In this document: positions 12,101 through 19,417 of the stretch, one piece after another | How the letters are laid out: each line of letters starts with the position of its first letter | Numbering within the stretch: the stretch's first letter is position 1 | NCBI GenBank assembly: GCA_963663965.2 | Contig: CAXXFK010000028.1 | Coordinates: 480,001 to 544,000, forward strand | DNA length: 64,000 nt | Reading direction: 5' to 3' | Source of the DNA: Sedimentisphaerales bacterium | GTDB taxonomy: Bacteria > Planctomycetota > Phycisphaerae > Sedimentisphaerales > SM23-30 | Notes under the pieces: model-generated | What the model saw: only the letters and a program-made list of their open reading frames with translations | Databases searched by the model: none | What the model was told of the DNA's origin: nothing | Program-made: the position numbers and the translations under genes

Positions 12101-12305
12101 TCAATGAAAATGCCGGGGTTAAAACCAGTTTTAATAATATCGCCAGCCAGATGACGTATCGGATCTGGGGCCAGGCCCATTTACGTAGCAATGCGTCCAG
12201 CGCCGATACAATGATCACCAGTGCGATCAGTTGCCACAACATCGCCGTTTGCCAGATCCACCAGTTTTCCGCGATGTGATTGATACGATCTATTATATTT
12301 CCCAT
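6102..12305 (-). CDS. BlaR1/MecR1-type M56 metallopeptidase sensor with very large multi-domain periplasmic region
   Basis: N-terminal TM helices, PAVFGIFRP, HELAHIKRGD, WFNPLVW, REVCCDA; two SecD-P1-head-like domains, NTF2-like segments and five helical repeats; ATG 12305 with GGAG RBS. Confidence 0.9.
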   Translation of the reverse strand: MGNIIDRINHIAENWWIWQTAMLWQLIALVIIVSALDALLRKWAWPQIRYVIWLAILLKLVLTPAFSLNTSMTAKLEPLVMQFIQPESQPDTQSISESPTSVIPSNEPIIPATAPAPINSGPVQEPIQPQVKTNSVKPVITTQLNWQSWTMAGWLAGIIGLGFWLLIRVHRLQTGMARQEPDVLPDNFRQTVAACAAQLGLRRPVKIILSDSVVCPAVFGIFRPVLVMPASSLKDLSDSDLRHHLLHELAHIKRGDLLIHAGYMLVQLCYWFNPLVWMVGRQLQHLREVCCDATVARVLKDKTPQYRETLLETARRLLAQPVEPGMGLLGLFEDSNRLLVRLQWLEKKTWKWRPLQVASALIAALVMFACVLPMAQAKKQVILETEQLTIYDVNRNVSQFKQENLKTPQAAYAVINAVCASGKAESLKRVSIPKLADSMPQIDQTIDPSWAQTLQNARILRVYIIDSHQALVAARLLPENSSQPIERPIDVRRLEMIDGRWLNAGQERVDSLDQVAEMAQVLITQLKPSEHDNALALKTGQLAFRAAVHSNELTDEEINHLNDQFKPYSGDGRMGWFEVAEKTLNAPNLIIHESNGKLYALLWATPNKSMIPEQGWSLTNVNVTQDQRSMPAILIEMNEKGAQLLGDLSGSNIGRAMAILIDDKVVSTPIVQARIGQRAMITGRFSRDDIEKMALSLIKGMVFEEKPDIARSGDLSGLAFLLVVDPAKDHIASEAIERFKADFDAYRDYHQPPMGWFEVSDKVTIGSEAVTIDNEEKRYVLLFTSGKGVMRKEQGWHLTYARVDARTQPPCIRCGLDAVGKQLFSELTAGHIRRNLAAVIDGKVVTAPMIMTRIEDAISISGNFTAAEAQGIADSLQSQVSVPLSDRTVESIMRGEISAGQRVSEKAVAAQKTAKALIDAIKSKDLNAISQYIRPDQIGDMSLGKLFDVAFVDNITLGKVIADDENAITVTQGLREKDGREWQLGLSFRYDGQQWLLRDIDWLPPDKIESWIERFEKDHPFVGEIPGNYPVGMNQADDQDIEAINSLLKQWYDLCQKNEESGLNAFYPNDYSQVSRDLNDFRKLFGQPENKHWGFGIHTILHTPAHAQAFSVEIPKGDPKDGGPVMMVWTLEKRLNGWKIVDIDLETPQGILDEIHRFNRQQPNGLTWINELDNPEPPTIPVSVTRPDLKNAADLIEPLKVLFGAVYEQMEAKDYEMAKMTMQSFMPTVEQLSQKIKGSLIEQPIEAAIGMVRQMDTALKQGDYDKAHRIIKMFDQTGPGFEMMIKDAAKKAAAADATRPMESGPVQLPQREAVLAALKNTIKAWYHNCMQSNTEELARWCVPGYDDIESNIKEMNMAAKLFVLTGLPGFDKLYWNDEAAFVLSKPFEVTEPGAESPFAMCWTLKPGNDRWLVENTSMFSVANQGKYISAFMSQYPDREFYYDPMTSKPQNPAGSTYSNVAELVGILEIVGELSQAAYEWLERGDMETALMLVGQIQKRVPAALAAVKGTPIETMAQNLAEQMDDVSGLINAGKKEQALALIKAMQSAGTQLRQVIEQRTGNQNVPPSSGITASEIAGERQICELFMAGRLKGKTIHAALEAGEMELAGELCQQLITLLEDNKPLAENSRYMPLFDTLATQLRLWLGVIEKRDMAKALTISESLFDLVEEIAPQFQARLKELSNGPSSTGTSQPGNATSSATNALSGGYLVKGTEIILYDSKLDKEVSNACRKVIQTIGYSESKEPRTTSYPYMSEGVRSWKNQEGTVESSRSYIQNKDKEGHLYQCEFIHIPGQPTTILLTCEGPEPYKLINAISSELHKAGLRAYTDFKTAEPTSTSKIPDPQQLYQKLFAAFIACGTRSESALNAVKADDWERADQLCEEIQLEIDKILPGIKTTEFGATWSEAAKQFNIWQDIIKTRNKARAIQMGEMMMELGTRLGMDIDRLKKTPGPTSGSSAISKQAQSQLYHVFMACGALCESLQHAVEAEQWETADALCQQVQATIESNHPIAQKTDAAPLWQAVVNQFNLWQAAIEKRDKKSATQLGNALQNMGGQVYEVIDGWNND

Positions 12306-12509
12306 GATGAGCTCCAATTTTTATTAAGTTGTTATTTTCCTGTTTTATTATTGCTTGATAATATCTTGTTTATTATTAGCGTTTATTCGTCCCGATCAAT
12401 CGGGAGTCGTGGTTCGCTTCCGTGCTCCGGTGCTGCCGGTTTGTCTATTTTTCTTTGTGGCTTGGTGGCTTTGTGTGAAATTCTTTTCTTTGGTTCCGGT
12501 ACTGCCGGC

Positions 12510-12896
12510 TCAGGTTTCCGTTTCCTTTTTGTCCTCATTCCGGGCCAGAATTTCGCTTAATACTTTTCGGTCTGCCTTTGACAGAGACCGGTCTTCCACC
12601 ATGAAGTTTAACATCGGTTCCAGTGCGCCCTGAAACACCTGGTCGATCAGCGTCTTTAAGGCGCTGCGGCGTGCCTGATGTTGTTCCAGCACCGGGGCAT
12701 AGACACTGGTATTGCCCCGCTTGCGCTCTGTCAACGCTCCCTTATCTACCAGCCGTGTCAACATCGTTTTAATCGTGGTATAGGCCCATTCATTTTCTTC
12801 CGGTAGATTCTCCTGGATCTCCCGGGCCGTGGCCGGATGTTTATCCCACAAGGCGTTCATGATTTGCCATTCCGAATCCGATAGTTTCATATTCAT
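12510..12896 (-). CDS. BlaI/MecI/CopY family transcriptional repressor
   Basis: KLSDSEWQIMNALW, WAYTTIKTMLTRLVDKG; ATG at 12896 with AGGAG RBS; upstream of the M56 gene. Confidence 0.93.
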   Translation of the reverse strand: MNMKLSDSEWQIMNALWDKHPATAREIQENLPEENEWAYTTIKTMLTRLVDKGALTERKRGNTSVYAPVLEQHQARRSALKTLIDQVFQGALEPMLNFMVEDRSLSKADRKVLSEILARNEDKKETET

Positions 12897-12927
12897 GATC
12901 TTGCTCCTGGTTTCAGGGTCACCATCT

Positions 12928-12971
12928 ACTACATCTGTAATAAATAATACTACAAATGTAGAATTTGTCAA
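12928..12971 (-). promoter_or_regulatory. blaI promoter with two BlaI-type TACA-NN-TGTA operators
   Basis: TACATCTGTA (12930-12939) and TACAAATGTA (12951-12960); minus-strand TTGACA (12971-12966) and TATTAT (12949-12944), 16-bp spacer. Confidence 0.85.
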
Positions 12972-13412
12972 GCTGAAATCGTTATTTTTTTGTTATTGCG
13001 TATATCATGAATGATAAAATGCCCGGCCTGACCTGCCGGTTCAAAAGTATGCCAACATATCCCGACACAATGGACTTAACGATTCGGCTTCCTGGCTTTT
13101 TCCGCCGGTCGTAGGTGAAAACTCATTGTGTTAGGGACTTCAATTAGTATGTCTAAATGCCTGTTAAGTGTTTACAAAATAAACGCATTAGAACATCATA
13201 ATAATTTACACAATAATGACATAGGGTGGATTCTGGATGAATCAAATTTGACTTGGATCTATGGATTGTCTAAAAAAAGTAGAAATAATCTATTCTTTTA
13301 GCCGTACTTGCCGTTATAATTTATTAGAAGCAAATAGCATTTTGATTTAATATCGTTAACAACTCAATTATCTTTTGCCCGTGTCGAACGCCAGTATCTG
13401 GAGGCTATTATC

Positions 13413-14225
13413 ATGAAAAAGCGTTTTGGTTTTACCTTGATAGAATTGTTGGTGGTTATTTCCATTATAGCATTGTTGGTTGCCGTTCTCATGCCGGCGT
13501 TAGCTAATGCCCGGCGACAGGCCACTGGTGCGGTTTGTATGACGAATGTAAAAGCTTTGTCATTGGCATGGGCAATGTACGCCGATGACAATGAAGGCAG
13601 AATTGTTGGCGGAAATACTTATCTGGTTACGACGACAGGGGCGTCTACCGTGGATTGGAATAATGGTAAACCTTCAGAGGCTTGGGTATTGCCTCCGGTA
13701 AATAATGATGCGACGTTAGATCCCCTGCATAGAGAACAGGAAGGGCTTCGCCGGGGTAGGCTTTATAAATATGTGAATAGTTTTGATGTCTATCATTGTC
13801 CGGGAGATAAACGGGAATTATCCGGTTCCATCACGACCAGAAACCCCAATGGATATGTCAGTTTCCGCAGTTATGGCATTGTTGGAACAATGAATGGAGA
13901 AAATACCAGTCAGTCTGTGAAACGGATTAATGAAATTCGCCCGCCATCTGAAAAACTGGTTTTTCTGGAAGAAATGGATGACCGTGGCTGGAATATGGGA
14001 TCCTGGATTATGTATACGACCCCTAATTCCTATCAGTGGATTGATCCTTTGACTATCTGGCATAATAAGCAGGGAACTTTGGGTTTTGCTGATGGACATT
14101 CCGAAATGCATCGCTGGGAAGATCAACGTACCTTGGATGCGGCAGAACAGCGCCTCTTTAATCAGACACATCCCGGTAGTGTTGATTGGATGTACATGTG
14201 GCGGGCCTATCCCGTAAAGAAATAG
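13413..14225 (+). CDS. Prepilin-type N-terminal cleavage protein with H-X-DGH motif (DUF1559/SBP_bac_10-like)
   Basis: GFTLIELLVVISIIALL..LMPAL..AR, C..N, YHCPGD, WH....LGFADGHSE. Confidence 0.9.
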   Translation: MKKRFGFTLIELLVVISIIALLVAVLMPALANARRQATGAVCMTNVKALSLAWAMYADDNEGRIVGGNTYLVTTTGASTVDWNNGKPSEAWVLPPVNNDATLDPLHREQEGLRRGRLYKYVNSFDVYHCPGDKRELSGSITTRNPNGYVSFRSYGIVGTMNGENTSQSVKRINEIRPPSEKLVFLEEMDDRGWNMGSWIMYTTPNSYQWIDPLTIWHNKQGTLGFADGHSEMHRWEDQRTLDAAEQRLFNQTHPGSVDWMYMWRAYPVKK

Positions 14226-14281
14226 AATTAAAAATAGAGCTTTAATCTCGAAAGTATATTTAAGATAAAATTGAACTAAGA

Positions 14282-14312
14282 GCCCCGGGTTACCATCAAG
14301 GGAACTCGGGGC
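14282..14312 (+). terminator. Hairpin between convergent genes
   Basis: GCCCCGGGTT...AACTCGGGGC inverted repeat. Confidence 0.55.
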
Positions 14313-14403
14313 AATTGTTTAAATTTACAGAATGTTTCTTTATTTAAATACTATTTGCTCGGTCGAATGGATTATCAAGACATAGTCCCAAATGAATATT
14401 AAA

Positions 14404-14585
14404 GGGTACCTCTAAAAATTGCTTTAGAGGCGAAAGTGAGGATGGTTTTTCTCTGGCAAGGAACAAAGAACCGGGCATATTTGACGATATTCACGGTTTT
14501 TTGTGACGCAGGCCAGAGGAGAACGCTTGTTTCGCTGCACGCGGAGTGCCCGCTTGCAGCCCTGAATGAATTATTAGAGGTTCCC
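14404..14585. mobile_element. MITE-like element, about 182 bp
   Basis: Terminal inverted repeats GGGTACCTCTAAAAATT / AATTATTAGAGGTTCCC (15/17 match); non-coding interior. Confidence 0.65.
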
Positions 14586-14590
14586 TGAAG

Positions 14591-15169
14591 TTATTCGCAC
14601 TGCAAATTTTTTAGATTCGTTACCTGAGAGGTGTTATCTGGCAATTCACCGACCATCAGACATAATGCCTGAGAGAGATACTTGTCAAAAACGGGTGCAT
14701 CTGCTGATAAAAAACATTCCCATGCGGAAGGTGATGTGGCTGTTTCAACATGAGACGGCGTGGCGATGAGGTGAATAGTACGTATTGTTTTGTCTTCTTC
14801 ATAGGGAAGATATTCCGTAGAGGTTGATGTACCAAAATAATGCCTGCCGTTTAGTTGACCGGAATAATGATCGGTTGTCGTGTAAGGTCGATAATCCTGG
14901 ATGCGGGAAGTCTGGCTGCTCAATTCATAGTTAATGATAAAATCGGCCTGCGATTCCTCGACCAGAGTCAATCCCTGGCGTGTGAATTCTTCTGAAAGAA
15001 TCTGGTGGAGTTGGCGATGTTCGATGGATTGATCGGACTCATACCGAATGGCAAAACGGCTCTGCCGATCGATCTCAATCTTTGGATCACGATACGCTTC
15101 CAACCGGGCATTCGTATTCATACATCCCACTGTCAGCGTTAACAATAACAACAAGCATCCACGTATCAT
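14591..15169 (-). CDS. Lipoprotein (DUF4136-like)
   Basis: Lipobox LTVGC after ATG 15169; L...F..QGL.......ADF.I.Y pattern. Confidence 0.65.
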   Translation of the reverse strand: MIRGCLLLLLTLTVGCMNTNARLEAYRDPKIEIDRQSRFAIRYESDQSIEHRQLHQILSEEFTRQGLTLVEESQADFIINYELSSQTSRIQDYRPYTTTDHYSGQLNGRHYFGTSTSTEYLPYEEDKTIRTIHLIATPSHVETATSPSAWECFLSADAPVFDKYLSQALCLMVGELPDNTSQVTNLKNLQCE

Positions 15170-15311
15170 TATCAATCCCTTTATAAATGAATATGGGGTG
15201 ATCTGGTAAAGAATAAGCGGTACTGATAATATTATACACGAAATGGCACAGAAAGTAAAAAAAAGAAATGGAAGGCCCAAAGTGTTTTGTTAATAAAATC
15301 ATGTAATTAAT

Positions 15312-15340
15312 TTGAAAGTTATATGCTTGTCTGATATAAT
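15312..15340 (+). promoter_or_regulatory. Sigma70-type promoter facing an ORF-free region
   Basis: TTGAAA-17 bp-TATAAT with extended -10 (TGn). Confidence 0.6.
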
Positions 15341-15498
15341 ATGATAATCAGCTTGATTCGGCCGTATTTTTAAGCGTACCTCAAAATATTCAAAATTGAG
15401 TTCTGATAAAAACTCTATCGTTCTTTGAAAATTAAAGAAGCGAAACCTGATTCGGGATCCATATCTGAAGGGAAGAATTGGGAAAAATAAAAATTACA

Positions 15499-15863
15499 AA
15501 ACAAACCCACTTTATGGTATGCCGCGAATGACTCCTGCTGATAAGCCGGCTTACCCCCAGATCGAAACGAACCCAATTTTTAAAAAAACGTCGTTAAGAT
15601 ATTTGTAAGCAATCAGTTATATCACGTTATTAATATCAATACTAATGATACAGTTTCCAACTGAAAATGCCCGCTTGGCCGTAATATAAGTTCTACACGG
15701 TAAACATTGATCTTGCGAGCGATCAGGAATTTTCAAACCCACAGGGTTTAGTGTATAGATACTTCAATAGGTGCTCCTCATTGTATAACGGTTGCTGACT
15801 CATGGTCTAAACGAACCCAATCTAAAAAAAAGTCCACTTAACTTATTTGTTTAATTATGGTTA
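15499..15863 (+). repeat. Three copies of a 55-bp fixed-spacing element (15499-15553, 15565-15619, 15809-15863)
   Basis: AAAC(G/A)AACCCA(A/C)-N18-T(A/G)A-N19-TTA, spacers counted in each copy. Confidence 0.8.
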
Positions 15864-15992
15864 TGATCGAAATCCGATTCTATATTATTCATGATATCTA
15901 TTACATTGATCATACCCGTCCTGTATCTTAAGGACTGTCCAGATGGGGCCATAATGACAATTTGAATCTGATTACCCGCCAGAAAATATCTT

Positions 15993-17399
15993 CTATTCGT
16001 ACCTTTCACCAAACAAAGTCAGCGATGATGCTTTGCGTATCTTTACTTCAACCAGTTTCCCCGTCAGCCATTCCGGGCCATCGAAGACAACGATCTGGTC
16101 CCCCTGGGTGCGGCCTGTAAGCTGTGGGTATGCCGTCTCGGTATCACTGGTTGAGCGGTCACTGTCCAAGTGTGGATTCTTGCTAAATCCCTCAACCAGG
16201 ATTTCAACCGATTGGCCAATAAGTCCTTGATTGTCTTCATAGCCAATTTCATGCTGTAAGGCCAGCAGTTCTTCCAACCGTCCCTGTTTCACATCATCCG
16301 GCACATCGTCAGCCATCTTCTGCCAGGCTTTGGTGTTAGGGCGGGGCGAATATTTAAATACAAAACAGTTCTTGTAACGGATACGCCGCATTAACTCAAG
16401 AGTGGCCTGATGGTCACTTTCCTGCTCTCCCGGAAAACCGCAAATAAAGTCACCGGCGACAGTTAGCTCAGGAACGATCGCTTTGCCTCGCTCAATCAAT
16501 TCGATATAGTCACTGACCGTATAGCGACGGTTCATGGCCTTTAATATCCGATCAGAACCGGATTGGGCGGGTAAATGCAGATAGGAACAGACTTTGGGAA
16601 GTGATGCCATGAGATGAAAGATACGTTCTTCAAAATGACGTGGATAGCTGGTGACAAATCGGATCCGGTCCAGACCTTCGATGGCATGAACAGATTCCAG
16701 AATATCCGCCAGACCATAGATCGTATCATGATCTTCATATCGGTAAGAGTTAATTGTTTGACCCAGCAGGGTGATTTCTTTAACGCCTTTATCTGTCAAT
16801 TGCTTGCATTCATCAATAATATGCTTAATCGGTCGTGATCGTTCCCGCCCCCGTACATACGGAACGATGCAATAACTGCAAAAATAATTACATCCGCGCA
16901 TAACTCGAACAAAAGCCATAAAGGGCAATCGTTCATCCCGATGCTGATGCCGGCTATCGAGTTCTTCCAGCAGATCATCCTGTTCCGGATCATTTAAAGA
17001 TAAGTATCGGGCCTGACGTGGTTTGGTGCCCTGATCCCGTTCGGTTCTGACTTTTTCGATCAGATCCACCAATTCATGAATCTGATTCGGACCGCAAACA
17101 ATAGCTGCCTGGTCCCAGCCATCCAGTAAATCCTGTCCCAATCGCTGGGCCATACAACCGATAACTGCCAGAACAAAGTCTTTTTTCTGCATGTAGCGCT
17201 TACGAAGTTGTCCGATTTTACTCAGTACCTTCTCTTCAGCGTGCTGACGGACGGAACAGGTATTAAAAATGATAATCCCGGCATTATTAATATGATCGCA
17301 GGGCTGATATCCTGCCCGCTCCAATTCGTTGGTTACCAGCTCTGAATCCAGTTTATTCATCTGGCAACCCATCGTTTCAATATAATAAGTGGCATTCAT
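15993..17399 (-). CDS. miaB: tRNA-2-methylthio-N6-dimethylallyladenosine synthase MiaB
   Basis: ETMGCQMN..DSE, NTCSVR, GCMAQ, radical-SAM C.YFCSYCIVPYVRG.ERSR, HLPAQSGS, C-terminal TRAM domain; start at ATG 17399. Confidence 0.95.
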   Translation of the reverse strand: MNATYYIETMGCQMNKLDSELVTNELERAGYQPCDHINNAGIIIFNTCSVRQHAEEKVLSKIGQLRKRYMQKKDFVLAVIGCMAQRLGQDLLDGWDQAAIVCGPNQIHELVDLIEKVRTERDQGTKPRQARYLSLNDPEQDDLLEELDSRHQHRDERLPFMAFVRVMRGCNYFCSYCIVPYVRGRERSRPIKHIIDECKQLTDKGVKEITLLGQTINSYRYEDHDTIYGLADILESVHAIEGLDRIRFVTSYPRHFEERIFHLMASLPKVCSYLHLPAQSGSDRILKAMNRRYTVSDYIELIERGKAIVPELTVAGDFICGFPGEQESDHQATLELMRRIRYKNCFVFKYSPRPNTKAWQKMADDVPDDVKQGRLEELLALQHEIGYEDNQGLIGQSVEILVEGFSKNPHLDSDRSTSDTETAYPQLTGRTQGDQIVVFDGPEWLTGKLVEVKIRKASSLTLFGERYE

Positions 17400-17642
17400 G
17401 TTTTGATTCTTATTTTTGTGGGGCTCTTGAATATAAAATGACATATTATAAGGATTGAAGTCGTCAATGTGAAACAAAACTATGGTTATTATCTTGTAAC
17501 TGTCTGTTATATAATATGATATGAAAATATTTCGTTGATTGTTCTGTAGATATTGTCTTGTCAAAAAAATGATTTTGGGCTAAGGTATTAAGGTCTCCTT
17601 CAGGCTGATTACGACAAGAATATAAAAGGAAATCAAGAACCG

Positions 17643-19217
17643 ATGTTTTCAACCTTCCTGGCATATAAACGCGTCATTGGACCGGACCAGTTCTTTTATC
17701 TGGCAGGTTCATCTTTGCGGCGTATGGGATTAAAATATACCACGGCTTCTGCTGGATTGGCTGGTTTATTAATATTAGCCGGCCTGATTGGTAACCATCT
17801 GGCCAGTTGGAACCTGACACCACCCAAAATGGGGATAAAAGCGCTCTGGTTGCCGGCTATTACTGCGATTGCGACTTTTGGAGTTGGAAATCTGTTTATT
17901 GCGATATCGCATCTGTTTTCTTCTTCTCGATTGATGACTGCGGATGCCAATAGTTTAAATCTGATGGAAGACCGCAAAAAATCCGATATGGTGCATCACC
18001 TTGAAATTCTTTGGGATCGTGTGTTCCAGTATGAAGCGCAGTTAGTCAATAATCCGGCGGTAGCTCAGTTTGAAAAAAATCGCCTGGATGGCTGTCGTGC
18101 CCATCTGGAAAAATGTATCGAAACCTGGCCTCAGGAAATCAAGGACCATCTTGATATTAGAGAAGATACCCTCGATGAATTTTGCCGCCATATCGAACAT
18201 TTTCGCCCTTTATCGAATCGCCTGGAAGCCACCGGTGAAGGATTTATGATTACCGCCAGCTATGGTTTGGAAAAATCCCTGCCCCAGAAATTACAACGCC
18301 AGAAAATTGGATTCGATCTCTCCTTATTGGAAGACTGGTATGACGGAGCTTTTTTTTCTGCGAATGATTGTAAACTGAAAGAACAATATGCCGCCCATTC
18401 AGCTATCAGGGCAATCAGACGTTTGGTCGGCATTTCGTTTTTAGAACGGTTTCATGAAATGATGACTGGTGTTTCGGATCCCATCTGGTTCACGTTGACA
18501 ATGAAGAAAATCGGAACCTCGACAGGAATATTGATTGATCGCTTTAACCGTAAATATACCCGGGATAATCAACCGGATTTCTTTGATGCTCAGGATTTTC
18601 TCTGGAAACATCCGGAAAACGAAAACGTGATTTGTGACTTTTTTGGCGGCCATGGCGATGGAGTTTTACGGGATTTGCAGCAGTCGCGCCGTAAAATGTT
18701 CCAGGATATATTTTCCTCTCGAAAAAGCCATGCTCACCGACAGGTGTTTCGTATGTTTGGACGGGATTTCAGCAATGCGTTGCAGTTGCGTTTAAAATAT
18801 GATGTTGAGTTCGCGGCTGGTTTGCTGGATTATGGGCCTCTTGACGATTGTGATGAAATGAGCGATCTCACTTGCGGTTCGGTTTATCCTGCAAACCGTA
18901 TTGAAAAAGCTGTGGTGGATGCGCAAAAAAGTATAAGGCAATGTGATATTTTTTTGGAAAAAGAAAAGCCAGAGTTATTGGATCAGCCTGAAAGCCTGCG
19001 TACAGTTCGTATTGGATGGCATGTGGATGAATACCAAGTTCAAACTCTGGCTGCAGTCAATCCCAATGAAGCGCTGGCCGTGATTCAAGGCCATACGATC
19101 GCATCGGTCCGAAAGACCACGAATCGCTTATGCACGTTGCGAGTTCATTATGAACTGACGCGAATTCAATTATTTTCATATTGTCTGATGATTGACTTAT
19201 TAGGGCAGTACGATTAA
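17643..19217 (+). CDS. Hypothetical protein with two N-terminal TM helices
   Basis: 524-aa ORF with AAGGA RBS; no family recognised. Confidence 0.75.
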   Translation: MFSTFLAYKRVIGPDQFFYLAGSSLRRMGLKYTTASAGLAGLLILAGLIGNHLASWNLTPPKMGIKALWLPAITAIATFGVGNLFIAISHLFSSSRLMTADANSLNLMEDRKKSDMVHHLEILWDRVFQYEAQLVNNPAVAQFEKNRLDGCRAHLEKCIETWPQEIKDHLDIREDTLDEFCRHIEHFRPLSNRLEATGEGFMITASYGLEKSLPQKLQRQKIGFDLSLLEDWYDGAFFSANDCKLKEQYAAHSAIRAIRRLVGISFLERFHEMMTGVSDPIWFTLTMKKIGTSTGILIDRFNRKYTRDNQPDFFDAQDFLWKHPENENVICDFFGGHGDGVLRDLQQSRRKMFQDIFSSRKSHAHRQVFRMFGRDFSNALQLRLKYDVEFAAGLLDYGPLDDCDEMSDLTCGSVYPANRIEKAVVDAQKSIRQCDIFLEKEKPELLDQPESLRTVRIGWHVDEYQVQTLAAVNPNEALAVIQGHTIASVRKTTNRLCTLRVHYELTRIQLFSYCLMIDLLGQYD

Positions 19218-19417
19218 TAGGATTGAGTCCGATAAATTCTTGATTATGAGCGCTACTGATATTTGGTAATCAGTTTTAACCTTGATATTGCCAATTTAAT
19301 GTTTTAGAAGAAAAAACTGCTGATTCGGCGTTTAATTTGCTATGGGTTATGGTCGATAAACTAACTGAGTTTTCTGATATGGCATGCCATTAGCATTGTA
19401 TAAGAAAGGATGAGACC

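Noticed and set aside
6102..12896. Beta-lactam resistance cassette
   Set aside because: No beta-lactamase or PBP gene nearby, and the sensor lacks a penicillin-binding domain.
15731..15795. Sixth copy of the 55-bp element (TTTCAAACCCAC)
   Set aside because: The box is degenerate and TAA/TTA are not at the +18/+40 positions.
19330..19400. Sigma28-like (GTCGATAA) and sigma54-like (TGGCA...TAGCA) promoters before the HDOD gene
   Set aside because: Imperfect matches and very tight spacing to the RBS; not supportable without TSS data.
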